Source of the DNA: an uncultured archaeon
GTDB lineage: Archaea > Aenigmatarchaeota > Aenigmatarchaeia > CG10238-14
Reading direction: 5' to 3'
Length of the DNA: 64,000 nt
NCBI GenBank assembly: GCA_964392445.1
Contig: CAYMPD010000004.1
Coordinates: 1 to 64,000, forward strand
A program made the translations under genes and the position numbers. Below the pieces are notes generated by a model that searched no databases, was not told the DNA's origin, and saw only the letters and a program-made list of their open reading frames with translations. This document shows positions 11,221 through 21,102 of this stretch, piece after piece (the first letter of the stretch is position 1; the number at the start of each line of letters is the position of its first letter).

Positions 11221-11679
11221 ATACCTGAATGTACCCTCTGTGGAAAAAATGTTGAAAAACTTTTTCTTGCGAAAGTTGAAGGCTCTAAAATAGAAGTATG
11301 TGAAAAATGTGGAAAATACGGGGAAATAATAGAGGAGATAAAACCAAAAGCAAAAAAAGAGGGACCACTTCTAATAGAAAAAGAAATCCCAGAGTTAGAA
11401 GAAACAGAAGAAGAGTTAAAATCCAATTATGGAAAAATAATCATCCAAACCCGTCAAAAAAAGGGATTGGAAAGAAAAGAGTTTGCAATGAAAATAAACG
11501 AAAAAGAATCAATCATCCGGCGAGTAGAAAAACAACAAATGATACCAGATGAAAGATTAAGAAAAAAAATAGAAAATTCCCTTAACATAAAACTAACACA
11601 AATATACGAAAAAACAAAACTAAAAACCCAATCCAGAAAAACTACTTTAACCCTGGGAGATATAATAGAAATAGAGTGA
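11221..11679 (+). CDS. Archaeal multiprotein bridging factor aMBF1 (Zn ribbon + HTH)
   Basis: CTLCG...CEKC plus C-terminal HTH and TLGD tail; probable ATA start 5 nt after GAGGTGA (track starts at GTG 11212). Confidence 0.85.
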   Translation: MPECTLCGKNVEKLFLAKVEGSKIEVCEKCGKYGEIIEEIKPKAKKEGPLLIEKEIPELEETEEELKSNYGKIIIQTRQKKGLERKEFAMKINEKESIIRRVEKQQMIPDERLRKKIENSLNIKLTQIYEKTKLKTQSRKTTLTLGDIIEIE

Positions 11680-11685
11680 TTAATT

Positions 11686-12618
11686 ATGGAACTGAAAGGA
11701 AGAGATATGTTACATCTGAAAGACTACAGCTCAGAAGAACTAGGATATTTAGTTAATTTGGGAATAGAAATAAAAAAGAACCCCGAAAAATACTATGATT
11801 CATTGAAGAGAAAAACACTTGTGATGCTGTTTGAAAAATCTTCGACAAGGACTAGAACATCATTTGAAGCAGGAATGAATCAGTTAGGTGGTCACGCTAT
11901 ATTTTTGGATTGGAAGTCATCACAGTTGGCAATAGGTGCTGAATTAAAAGACGAAGCAAGATCAATCGAAAGATACTGTGAATGTATCGCGGCAAGAGTA
12001 AGAAAACATGAAACACTTCAGATGATAGCAAATTCGGTTGAAGTTCCCGTGATTAATATGCTCTGTGAGAAGTATCACCCTTGTCAAGCTCTTGGAGATA
12101 TGATGACTATAAAAGAACATCTGGGAAGCTTGAAGGGGAAGAAACTAGTTTTCACCGGGATTGCAAATAACGTAAGTAATTCGCTTGTTACTACAGGAAC
12201 AAAACTTGGGATGCAGGTCACATTAGCAGTTCCAGAAAAGGACCCTAGTGCCATTGATCCGGAACTGGAAAAAATGGCGAAAAAAACTGGATTGTATGAG
12301 GAGACAAAGGACTTGAAGTCGGTTGTTGAAGATGCAGATATTGTTTACACTGATACTTGGGTTAATATAGAGTTCATGACTGACCCAAAATTCAAAAAAG
12401 AGAAAGAAAGAAGATTCAAGGTCTTTAAACCTTACCAAGTGAACGCCCAATTACTCGAGGAAACAGGTAGTGATGCCAAACTCATGCACTGTCTTCCAGC
12501 TCATATTGGTTATGAGATTACTCGAAACGCAGTTGATCATCCCAATTCGATTATGTTTGACCAGGCTGAGAACAGGATGCACATTCAGAAAGCTATTCTT
12601 GTTAGTGTTCTTGGTTGA
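11686..12618 (+). CDS. argF: Ornithine carbamoyltransferase
   Basis: STRTRTSFE, HPCQ, MHCLP, QAENR. Confidence 0.88.
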   Translation: MELKGRDMLHLKDYSSEELGYLVNLGIEIKKNPEKYYDSLKRKTLVMLFEKSSTRTRTSFEAGMNQLGGHAIFLDWKSSQLAIGAELKDEARSIERYCECIAARVRKHETLQMIANSVEVPVINMLCEKYHPCQALGDMMTIKEHLGSLKGKKLVFTGIANNVSNSLVTTGTKLGMQVTLAVPEKDPSAIDPELEKMAKKTGLYEETKDLKSVVEDADIVYTDTWVNIEFMTDPKFKKEKERRFKVFKPYQVNAQLLEETGSDAKLMHCLPAHIGYEITRNAVDHPNSIMFDQAENRMHIQKAILVSVLG

Positions 12619-12620
12619 TT

Positions 12621-13370
12621 TCACATCTTCTTAAACAGATTAATAACAGGTTCAACTCCCACTCTTATCATGTTACTTGAATTTACTATTGTTCCATCTC
12701 TTATGAATTTATCAAGTTCTTTTTGGAATCTTTCAATAATTTTCCTGTCAAGTTCTTTTAATCTGAATCTCTTCCCTTTCTTAATCTCCCAGTTGGAATC
12801 ACCATACTTGAGTAAAGCAAATAAATCAGCTATATCTTTTTCTTTTTTGAATTTATCGGTTCTTCCTAATACTGATTCTAATTTTATTTGCACTAATATT
12901 TTTGATGATGGAATAATTATTTCTTGACCTTTGAATTTAACCAGTTCATATTCTTTCTTGAACACATCTTCTAAAATCGATAAATGCATAATTCTTTTAT
13001 CGACTTTTTTAGGACAGGCTATATCAAAATAAACAGTAAACAAGTCATATATGGGTATATCCTTTGATTTATCTTCTGATAATTCCTTTTTTGTGGAAAG
13101 TTGAACGTATTTTGCCCATCTGAAAGTGGAGTGTGGTTTGAAACCCAATGATTCTACTTTGGTTATTAAATCCTTGAAGTTAATTTCTCTGGGATTAAAG
13201 AAAATATCAATATCTCTGGATCCGATGTGACTAACTTCTAATTTCTTAAGGAAGAGATGAACTGCCCATCCGCCCATTAACCCGATATTTTTCTTTTGTT
13301 TTTGATTCAGAGACTTAAAGAATTCATAAAGATATTTTTCTGAATATTCAACTCCCAATTTTTTGATCAT
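12621..13370 (-). CDS. AbiEii-like nucleotidyltransferase (type IV TA toxin-like)
   Basis: GGWAV...SRDIDI, KEKDIADL; ATGA overlap with upstream gene at 13370-13367. Confidence 0.7.
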   Translation of the reverse strand: MIKKLGVEYSEKYLYEFFKSLNQKQKKNIGLMGGWAVHLFLKKLEVSHIGSRDIDIFFNPREINFKDLITKVESLGFKPHSTFRWAKYVQLSTKKELSEDKSKDIPIYDLFTVYFDIACPKKVDKRIMHLSILEDVFKKEYELVKFKGQEIIIPSSKILVQIKLESVLGRTDKFKKEKDIADLFALLKYGDSNWEIKKGKRFRLKELDRKIIERFQKELDKFIRDGTIVNSSNMIRVGVEPVINLFKKM

Positions 13371-13996
13371 GTTTCCAACCATTTCTTCTCAATTAATTTT
13401 CCCTGTTCTTCACCCAAACCACCAAAAGATAATAAATCAGATAAAATTAAACCGATTGAAGCTATTCTAAAACCTTTTTCCTCTCTACCTAGATCAAAAT
13501 AGAACTCATTTTCAACAGGTATAAGAATTAAATTACCTTCTGTTTCTGTGGATCTTTTCACATTTTTCTGGATAAGATAATCGTTCCATTTTTCAACATC
13601 TTCCTTTTTAACATACATGTGAACCTGTTCTGTTTTAATGTAAGGTACAAGTAATTCGCCCGCGGAGAATAGAGTGAAAGAATGTTTTAATTCAGAGTTT
13701 TTTATAATTTCCATCTTTTCTCTCATTTTTTTATTGATGAAGTAATGTCTCTTGGATTTTGCAGGGAAAGGATTTGCTAGAGAAATGAATTTAATTAAGT
13801 CTGGGGCATTTGTTAGTTGATATTTTCCATTAAGTTTGGTCACAAACCCTCCTTTTTCTAATTCCTTGACAAAATTGTAAGTCGGCGAGTAATTCAAAGT
13901 ACCCATAGATTTTTCCAGTTCGTAAATAGACCAGTCTTTATCCTTTTCTTCTAGTATCCAGAGTAATAAACCAAGTCTTTTTTGTGTTAGTTCCAT
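13367..13996 (-). CDS. AbiEi-like antitoxin/transcriptional regulator
   Basis: N-terminal wHTH; C-terminal ILSDLLSFGGLGEEQG resembles the AbiEi/DUF2186 tail. Confidence 0.65.
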   Translation of the reverse strand: MELTQKRLGLLLWILEEKDKDWSIYELEKSMGTLNYSPTYNFVKELEKGGFVTKLNGKYQLTNAPDLIKFISLANPFPAKSKRHYFINKKMREKMEIIKNSELKHSFTLFSAGELLVPYIKTEQVHMYVKKEDVEKWNDYLIQKNVKRSTETEGNLILIPVENEFYFDLGREEKGFRIASIGLILSDLLSFGGLGEEQGKLIEKKWLET

Positions 13997-14018
13997 AATA
14001 TATCTATTAAACAGATAG

Positions 14019-14026
14019 TATATAAA
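14019..14026 (-). promoter_or_regulatory. TATA box for probably leaderless AbiE-like operon
   Basis: TTTATATA 22 nt upstream of ATG 13996; no SD. Confidence 0.5.
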
Positions 14027-14247
14027 GTTAACGGTTATATCTTGACCAAGTCCTCGTATGAAGGTAGTATAATATCCGACTTTAGGAACTCCCAGAAAGT
14101 ATTTGCATTATTTAGGATTTTTAGCTATTTATTTTTTTATGAGTTGGAATTGGTTAAATTCTTTTTTAGTTGAATTACGTAAATATTGGTGGGTTTCTGG
14201 AAAAGATTCTCTCCTTCTATGAGATAGAAAAATATGAGGTGATTAGT

Positions 14248-15414
14248 ATAGTTTCACATGTTGTGGACATAAAACAATTCGATAGAGATACTTTTGAATT
14301 AGTGTTTGATGAAACTGATAGGATTTTTTCTGAACCTAAGACAACTCAAATCGACCCTTCTAGATGGACTGCTTTGTTATTTTTTGAACCTTCAACAAGA
14401 ACTGCAGGTAGTTTTGAGTTGGCTTCTATCAGAAATGGTCTTTATCCCATGCATTCTGCCGATCCCGAAAGATCTTCTGTGAAGAAAGGAGAATCTCTTC
14501 ATGACACCTTAACTATGATGGTGATGTATGAGCCTCAAATGGTTATAATGAGGCATCCCCAAGCTGGTTCGGCGAGATTTGGTTCAGAGATTCTTGACAG
14601 ATATGGGATACCTCTTATAAATGGTGGAGATGATGGTCATCAACATCCTACTCAAACTTTATTAGATATGTACACAATTCGAAAAGCTTATGGTGGTATA
14701 GATGGGTTAAATATAGCTTTAATGGGAGATCACAAGCATGGTAGAACTGTAACTTCTTTAGTTGAAGGTTTGGTTAATTATGATGTAGCTATCTCTTTTA
14801 TTGCCCCTGATGTTTTACAAATGACTCACAGACCTGAAGTTTTAAGATATTTAAAAGAAAAAGGAGTTGATTTCAATCTTCTTGATAAACCAGATTTAGC
14901 ATTACCTTATCTTGATGTTTTATATGTTACTAGGGTTCAGAAAGAAAGATTTGATGATCCTGGAGAATATAAAACTGTCGCAGATAGTTATGTGATTGGT
15001 CAGGGAGTTCTGAAAAAATTACGAGAAAATGTCGGAAATGTCTCAATAATGCACCCTTTACCTAGAATAAGAGAGATAAGACCCGAAGTTGATGATACCA
15101 CTCATAACTTATATTTCCAGCAGGCAGCAAATGGGCTTCCAGTAAGGACAGCATTGATGCATCTTCTATTGAATGGGGAATTAGAACTCGAGCCATATTT
15201 AGCTGGTGGAAATGAGGTAACTGGATGTGGGTGTTTGAATCCAAGATGCATTACATATGTAAATCCTGAGGATCCTAGTTCAAATGATAGTTCAGATGAG
15301 AGATTGAGGGGATTTGTTGAGCCTAGATTCCGAGTAGGACCTAATGGATTAATACACTGCGAATATTGTGATAATATTCAAACAGAATCTGGAGAACCTT
15401 ATAGATGGAGTTAG
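14248..15414 (+). CDS. pyrB: Aspartate carbamoyltransferase fused to a PyrI-type C-terminal zinc domain
   Basis: FFEPSTRT, HPTQTLLD, RVQKERF, MHPLPR; tail CLNPRC...CEYC; probable ATA start after GAGGTGA (track 14170). Confidence 0.9.
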   Translation: MVSHVVDIKQFDRDTFELVFDETDRIFSEPKTTQIDPSRWTALLFFEPSTRTAGSFELASIRNGLYPMHSADPERSSVKKGESLHDTLTMMVMYEPQMVIMRHPQAGSARFGSEILDRYGIPLINGGDDGHQHPTQTLLDMYTIRKAYGGIDGLNIALMGDHKHGRTVTSLVEGLVNYDVAISFIAPDVLQMTHRPEVLRYLKEKGVDFNLLDKPDLALPYLDVLYVTRVQKERFDDPGEYKTVADSYVIGQGVLKKLRENVGNVSIMHPLPRIREIRPEVDDTTHNLYFQQAANGLPVRTALMHLLLNGELELEPYLAGGNEVTGCGCLNPRCITYVNPEDPSSNDSSDERLRGFVEPRFRVGPNGLIHCEYCDNIQTESGEPYRWS

Positions 15415-15420
15415 TAATTT

Positions 15421-16494
15421 ATGAATTATAATATGGATTATAAACCGTCAGTAGATTTAAGCACGGAAATAGAGACAGATCATGGAACACTTAATTTAGA
15501 TTTTCCTGTTACTAGTGTTGCAGGTATTCTTAATCAACCAGGTATTATAAAAAGAACTAGATATTTTGGTGCATTTATCAGTAAGTCGATTGGACCAAGA
15601 CCAAGAAAAGGTTATGATGGACCTACAATTGCATATGGACCTCTTAGGGTCAGGGAAAAGTCCGTGGGCGGAATTGTATTTCCACTTTCTGAGGGAGAAC
15701 CATATTTACCTGAAGGTTCCATAGTAAATGCAGTCGGTCTCAAGAACCCAGGTTATGTGGATTTTGCGAAAGAAATGAAAGACTGGGGTTGGTATCCATT
15801 CACAGTTGAAAGAAGAACATTACCTTTTTTAATATCAGTTTTTGCTAATGAACCTCGAGTACTAGCTAGAATGGTACGTTATTTATCCGATATTTGTGAT
15901 GGATTCGAATTGAACTACAGTTGTCCAAATTCATTCAGAGATGAGGAAGGTGAAGAAAAAATTGGTCAATCAATTGGAAAATCTCATGAACTTGTGGCAG
16001 AATTTACATCAGCTTGCAGAGAAGCAACCGATAGAATATTAATAGCAAAATTGACCCCAAATGTCGATTTAGACTCAATACCCAGAATAGCTGAATCGGT
16101 AGTAGAAGCTGGTGCAGATGCTATTTCAGCTATAAATACTGTATCCACAGTTACTCCCTTATATGACAATGACACTCCTATTCTGACCCGAGAACAAGGT
16201 GGGCTCTCTGGTCCTTTGATTTATCCTTTGGCATTACAGATAGTAAGTTTGATTTCCGATAGCGTGGATGTTCCAATAATAGGAGAGGGGGGGATCAATA
16301 GCCCTGAAAGAGTTTTAGGGATGATAGAAGCAGGTGCTTCTGCAGTTGGTATAGGATCTTATCTTGCTGATAGGAATATGACTACAGAAGAAAGAACAGA
16401 ACGTTTAATTAATTTATATCGAGGTTTAGAGAGGTCTCTACATGAAAGAGGATTTAATACTTTGAGTGAGTATATGGAGGAATATAAAAGATGA
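15421..16494 (+). CDS. pyrD: Dihydroorotate dehydrogenase B, catalytic subunit
   Basis: NAVGL, ELNYSCPN, AKLTPN, GGLSG. Confidence 0.9.
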   Translation: MNYNMDYKPSVDLSTEIETDHGTLNLDFPVTSVAGILNQPGIIKRTRYFGAFISKSIGPRPRKGYDGPTIAYGPLRVREKSVGGIVFPLSEGEPYLPEGSIVNAVGLKNPGYVDFAKEMKDWGWYPFTVERRTLPFLISVFANEPRVLARMVRYLSDICDGFELNYSCPNSFRDEEGEEKIGQSIGKSHELVAEFTSACREATDRILIAKLTPNVDLDSIPRIAESVVEAGADAISAINTVSTVTPLYDNDTPILTREQGGLSGPLIYPLALQIVSLISDSVDVPIIGEGGINSPERVLGMIEAGASAVGIGSYLADRNMTTEERTERLINLYRGLERSLHERGFNTLSEYMEEYKR

Positions 16495-17345
16495 GATTTC
16501 AGAGCGGAGGATTCCAAGAATATAGGATTAACTCACTTATAGATAGAGGTGAAGATACCGCTATTCTAACCTTAGATGGGAGAATGGAAGGGAGACCTGG
16601 TCAATTTGTCTTGATTACCAGAGAAGATATTAGTGGAGAAAAACCGTTTTCAGTTGCTAAGTATGATCCCCTCACATTTGCAATAAAATCAGTCGGTCCT
16701 TTCACAGATGCTATGCGTCGTTCTAATATTGGAGATAGAGTTATGATAAGAGGTCCTTATGGTAATGGATTCCCGATTGAAGATTTCAAGGAGAATGTTT
16801 GGCTTGTAGGTGGTGGTGTTGGTGTGGCGCCCTTATTGTCATTGGCTCATGCTTTGAGAGAGGGAAGGGGAGATAATCTTGAAATTGAGAGTTATCTTGG
16901 ATTCAGGAAAGCAGAACAAGCATTATTTTTAAGAGAATTCTCTAGTATGGGGCCCACGTATGTTTCAACTGATGATGATTCATATAGGGATATTGAAGAC
17001 GTGGATTGGATAAAGGGGTGGGTAATTAATCATTTTATTGGGAAGCTACCGGATTCACCCGAGGAATATCCTTTATCAATAGCACTTTGTGGTAACGAGC
17101 GTTTAATGGAGCAGGTTTTAACAATTCTAGTTGATCACGCTTACTCAAAAGATATTTTTGCTTCAGTTGAAAGGATGATGTGTTGTGGTTGTGGTACTTG
17201 CGGTAATTGTGAAATTGATGGATTTACTTCTTGTGGGGATGGACCAGTTTTCTCTTTTGAGAAATTATACGGATTAATAGATTTTGGTAGATATCATCGG
17301 GATGAGTATTCAAGAAAAGTCCCGAATAACGGTTATGAAAGATGA
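16491..17345 (+). CDS. pyrK: Dihydroorotate dehydrogenase electron-transfer subunit
   Basis: PGQF, RGPYGNGF, GGGVGVAP, CGCGTCGNC...CGDGPVF 2Fe-2S motif. Confidence 0.9.
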   Translation: MRFQSGGFQEYRINSLIDRGEDTAILTLDGRMEGRPGQFVLITREDISGEKPFSVAKYDPLTFAIKSVGPFTDAMRRSNIGDRVMIRGPYGNGFPIEDFKENVWLVGGGVGVAPLLSLAHALREGRGDNLEIESYLGFRKAEQALFLREFSSMGPTYVSTDDDSYRDIEDVDWIKGWVINHFIGKLPDSPEEYPLSIALCGNERLMEQVLTILVDHAYSKDIFASVERMMCCGCGTCGNCEIDGFTSCGDGPVFSFEKLYGLIDFGRYHRDEYSRKVPNNGYER

Positions 17346-18634
17346 TAGGTTTTATTAATTCACAGATTTATCAAAACGGAATTTTTCAACCATTGAATAT
17401 TTACACAGAAGATGGAGTGATAGTTGAAGTTACAACAGAATCCAGGGACTGTGATCAAGTTTATGATTTATCAGGTATGATGATTCTTCCTGGGTTGGTT
17501 GATACACATGTTCATTTCCGCGGGGGAAATCAAAGTTACAAAGAAACATTTTACACTGGTTCAAGGGTTGCTAGAAAAGGAGGTGTAACTTATGTAGGTG
17601 ATATGCCGAATAATGATCAGCCAATTATTACACTGGAAAGATTAAGAAAGAAAGAAGATGTTGCTTTAAGAGACTCTGTTGTAAATTTTGGGTTATATGC
17701 TGCAGTTACTCCAGAGAGTTTACCTTATCTTGCTGAATTAGCTCCATATGTTTTGGCATTCAAACTTTTTATGGGAGAATCTACTGGTGGGATAAATTAT
17801 CTTTATGATGAACTTGAAGAAGCGTTTGAGAGAGTTGCAAGAACTGAGAAATTATTGTGTGTGCATGCTGAGGACCAGAATATATTGGATGAGGCTAAAA
17901 GAGAGTACCAAGACGATTTAAGACCTGTAGCACATATTTTGGCTCGACCACCAGAAGCAGAAATTGAGGCGATAGGATACGCATTAAAACTAGCTAAAGA
18001 TTATGAATTACCATTACACTTTTGTCATGTTTCAACAAAAGGAGGGGTTGAATTAATAAGAGAAGCAAAAGATTATGGATTGAATGTCACGGCTGAAACC
18101 TGTCCTCATTATCTATTTATGACATTAGAGGATCTTTTAAGATTAGGGCCATATGCAAAAATGAATCCACCACTGAGATCTTACGAAGACCAAGAAGCAT
18201 TATGGGAAGCGATAGAGGATGGAACATTAATTTCAATTACTAGTGATCATGCCCCACATACGAAAGAAGAAAAGAATAGAGGTCTAGATAATATTTGGGG
18301 TGCACCATCTGGTATACCAGGTGTTGAGACTACATTACCACTTATGTTGAATGCTGTTTATGAGGGGAGGCTAACTTTATCACAACTTGTTGAACTTATG
18401 CATGATAATCCTGTCGTAAGATTTAGTCTTGGTAGGTATGGTTATATAGAAGAAGGTAATGATGCTAATTTGACTGTTATTGATCCAACTAGAGAGTGGA
18501 TGATAGAAAATGATAAATTGTTAACTAAGTGTGGATGGAGTCCTTATCATGGATGGAGTGGTGTTGGTAGTCCTGTTGGTGTTGTTGTTAATGGTAGAGT
18601 AAATGGTTTGGGAGGTTACTTGGTTAGGATATGA
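17342..18634 (+). CDS. pyrC: Dihydroorotase
   Basis: HVHFR, DMPN, KLFM, HAE, SDHAPH; pyr context. Confidence 0.9.
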   Translation: MIGFINSQIYQNGIFQPLNIYTEDGVIVEVTTESRDCDQVYDLSGMMILPGLVDTHVHFRGGNQSYKETFYTGSRVARKGGVTYVGDMPNNDQPIITLERLRKKEDVALRDSVVNFGLYAAVTPESLPYLAELAPYVLAFKLFMGESTGGINYLYDELEEAFERVARTEKLLCVHAEDQNILDEAKREYQDDLRPVAHILARPPEAEIEAIGYALKLAKDYELPLHFCHVSTKGGVELIREAKDYGLNVTAETCPHYLFMTLEDLLRLGPYAKMNPPLRSYEDQEALWEAIEDGTLISITSDHAPHTKEEKNRGLDNIWGAPSGIPGVETTLPLMLNAVYEGRLTLSQLVELMHDNPVVRFSLGRYGYIEEGNDANLTVIDPTREWMIENDKLLTKCGWSPYHGWSGVGSPVGVVVNGRVNGLGGYLVRI

Positions 18635-18641
18635 TTCTAAA

Positions 18642-19304
18642 TTATAATAGATTCATTTCAACTGTTCCGTATTTATCAAAATAATCCTCTATTTTCCTTG
18701 CTATTTCTTTTCCAGGTCGGAGTTTTTCATATGCTCTTGGTAGAACCGTAGTTGCATCTGTTAATGCGTGATAGGGAGTCCCCTTTTCTTGTAACACATC
18801 TTCAACTCCCCTTGGATCTTCATCAGCCACTCTTTCCAATCTATTAACTAAGGCTATTGCTGATGCCACATAAAGTCCAGAGCTTTTCAATTGTTCTATA
18901 AATTCAATCAATGATCCTCCAGTCGTTGTAACATCTTCAAGAACACATACCCTATCTCCTTCCTCAGCTGGTCCAACGAAGAGTCTATCCCTAGATGCTC
19001 CGTGGAATTTAATTCCTTTCCTCCCCATCACTAGTTTACCCCCAAGTTTATATGATAGGAATAATCCTAGTTTTGTTGCTCCATCAGGGACTCCTATGAC
19101 ATAATCATATTCTATTCCTTCCTCTCTTAAGAAATCTTCTACATAACCCACCGTAGTATCTGTCAATGAAACTGTATTGGTAAGTCCTCTCATGTTTGCG
19201 TACCAGTCAGATTCTCTCCCGGATTTTAGTATTAGGGGTGATTCAAAGAATCCTATACATCTTTGATATATTATGAAATCTTCGTATCCTGGTCTATCAA
19301 ACAT
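18642..19304 (-). CDS. pyrE: Orotate phosphoribosyltransferase
   Basis: LKSGRES, RKGIKFHG loop, VLEDVTTTGGS. Confidence 0.85.
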   Translation of the reverse strand: MFDRPGYEDFIIYQRCIGFFESPLILKSGRESDWYANMRGLTNTVSLTDTTVGYVEDFLREEGIEYDYVIGVPDGATKLGLFLSYKLGGKLVMGRKGIKFHGASRDRLFVGPAEEGDRVCVLEDVTTTGGSLIEFIEQLKSSGLYVASAIALVNRLERVADEDPRGVEDVLQEKGTPYHALTDATTVLPRAYEKLRPGKEIARKIEDYFDKYGTVEMNLL

Positions 19305-19309
19305 TCAGA

Positions 19310-20089
19310 TCACATAAATCTCCCTACTCTTTCTCCATATCTTTGGGCTGCTTCTTTTGGATTATCAGCTCTATGTATACCAGAACCTATTATTCCGTAA
19401 TGTCCCACAGCCCCAGCATCTTGCGCAGTTTGAATAGCATTTTCTATATCTCCACCTTGTCTACCTATTCCAGGCATTAAAACGTTAGGTTTGACATCAT
19501 ATTCCCGTAAGGTTAATAACATACTTGTCAATTCCTCTGGTTTGTTTCCAGGTCCTATGAAGTGATGTACACCTGTTAATGCATATAGCTTCAATGCCCT
19601 CTGTTCAGCGTCACTGGCTATATAACCTCGGAAAATTTCATCACCCAATTCAGGGAACATATCTTTCAAGGTCACTTCTTCGGTCTCATCAAATCCTCTT
19701 TGTGTTAACCTGAAACCTCCTACAGGTGTAATCCCGTTTTTATAACATGATCTCACACATGCCGCTTGTACTCTAGGACTAGCAAAAGGGAATAAAATTA
19801 AGGACTGTACACCAGATCTTCCGTAAGCTCTTATAAAATCGGGTTCAGTGAATTCTACATCGTTTCCTTCTTTCTGAACATCCCATATCACGGGTTTGTC
19901 AGTATGTTGTCTAACAGCTCTAATACCATCAACAACAGAACCACTTATCTCATGCATTCTTCCAAGTTTATATCCTACTATACCATCAACATTATGTGTA
20001 TCTTCAACGAGTTGACCTAATCTTTCTGAGGGAACATCACATGCAACAATTATACCACTACTAGTTGAGAAAATTTCACTTTCACTCAT
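19310..20089 (-). CDS. pyrF: Divergent orotidine-5'-phosphate decarboxylase
   Basis: IVACD, GYKLG, WDVQKEGND variant of D-x-K-x-x-D, PGIGRQGG; pyr context. Confidence 0.75.
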   Translation of the reverse strand: MSESEIFSTSSGIIVACDVPSERLGQLVEDTHNVDGIVGYKLGRMHEISGSVVDGIRAVRQHTDKPVIWDVQKEGNDVEFTEPDFIRAYGRSGVQSLILFPFASPRVQAACVRSCYKNGITPVGGFRLTQRGFDETEEVTLKDMFPELGDEIFRGYIASDAEQRALKLYALTGVHHFIGPGNKPEELTSMLLTLREYDVKPNVLMPGIGRQGGDIENAIQTAQDAGAVGHYGIIGSGIHRADNPKEAAQRYGERVGRFM

Positions 20090-20226
20090 TAAAATCACCT
20101 AACTAGTTTTCAATTCCCAGACTATTATTACTTACTTAAACGCTAATAGAAAAATCTCTAATCACTTATCTGTTACAAAATAACTCTCCCCAAAACTTTT
20201 ATCATTTCATTCACAATTAATTATGT

Positions 20227-20751
20227 ATGCACGAACTAATCAAAAAACGAAGAAGTATAAGAAAATTCTCGGACAAAAAAGTAGAAGAAGAAAAACTTAA
20301 ACAAATCCTTACGGCAGCAATGATAGCACCGTCCGGTAGAAATATCCGTCCATGGGAATTTATAGTTGTAAAGGATAAAGAAAAAAGAGAAAAATTAGCG
20401 AAGTTAAGATCCAGTGGTAGGTTTATTCGAGATGCACCTGCTACAATAGTTGTTCTTGGTAAGGAAAATGAGAGTAATCTGTGGTTACAGGATTGTTCTT
20501 TGGCTGCAGGTCATATTTACCTTGAAACGGTTAATCAGGGATTAGGGACATGTTGGGTTAATGCTGTTGGGTCACAGACAGATGATGGTAGAGGTGCGGA
20601 GAAAGCTTTTAAAGAAGTACTTGGTGTTCCGGACGATATGAGAGTATTAGGATTATTTCCCATAGGATATCCTGCTGAGGAGAAAAAGAATTATGATGAA
20701 GGCCATTATGATGAGGCTATAGTCCATTCGGAGAATTATTCGACCAAATAA
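20227..20751 (+). CDS. Nitroreductase family protein
   Basis: RRSIRKF, APSGRNIRPW, GLGTCW, IGYP. Confidence 0.9.
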   Translation: MHELIKKRRSIRKFSDKKVEEEKLKQILTAAMIAPSGRNIRPWEFIVVKDKEKREKLAKLRSSGRFIRDAPATIVVLGKENESNLWLQDCSLAAGHIYLETVNQGLGTCWVNAVGSQTDDGRGAEKAFKEVLGVPDDMRVLGLFPIGYPAEEKKNYDEGHYDEAIVHSENYSTK

Positions 20752-20874
20752 TTCCTTATTTTATATGAAATAGAAAAAAATCTCCCACCTCAAATTATAA
20801 ATACTAGTTTAACTATTATGCAGTAACAAGGTGAAAACAATGCGAGGCGAAAATGTTCACATCAGGTGAATTAG

Positions 20875-21102
20875 TTCACTCGTAAGAATAGTTCTGAAGA
20901 AATTTTTGCTTCTAAGATTGCTTCTAAGGGTAGAATAACTATACCGATTAGTCTTAGGGCTAAACTTGGTTGGTTAGAGGGTAAAGAAGTTAAAATTAGA
21001 GTTTCTGGGGATAGTTTAATTCTTTCTGTTAATGGTCAGAATGGTGTAAAGGTTAGCATAGATGATTGTGGCTCATCTGGACCTGGTTCAATTCCAGATT
21101 GA
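20875..21102 (+). pseudogene. AbrB/MazE/SpoVT-type DNA-binding frame without a canonical start, running through tRNA-His
   Basis: Hand translation KIASKGRITIPISLRAKLGWLEGKEVKI; frame opens after TAG 20872 with TTC 5 nt after GGTGA. Confidence 0.6.

Noticed and set aside
14170-14247. 26-aa N-terminal extension of PyrB from TTG 14170
   Set aside because: No SD precedes it, and family homology begins just after the GAGGTGA-anchored ATA at 14248.
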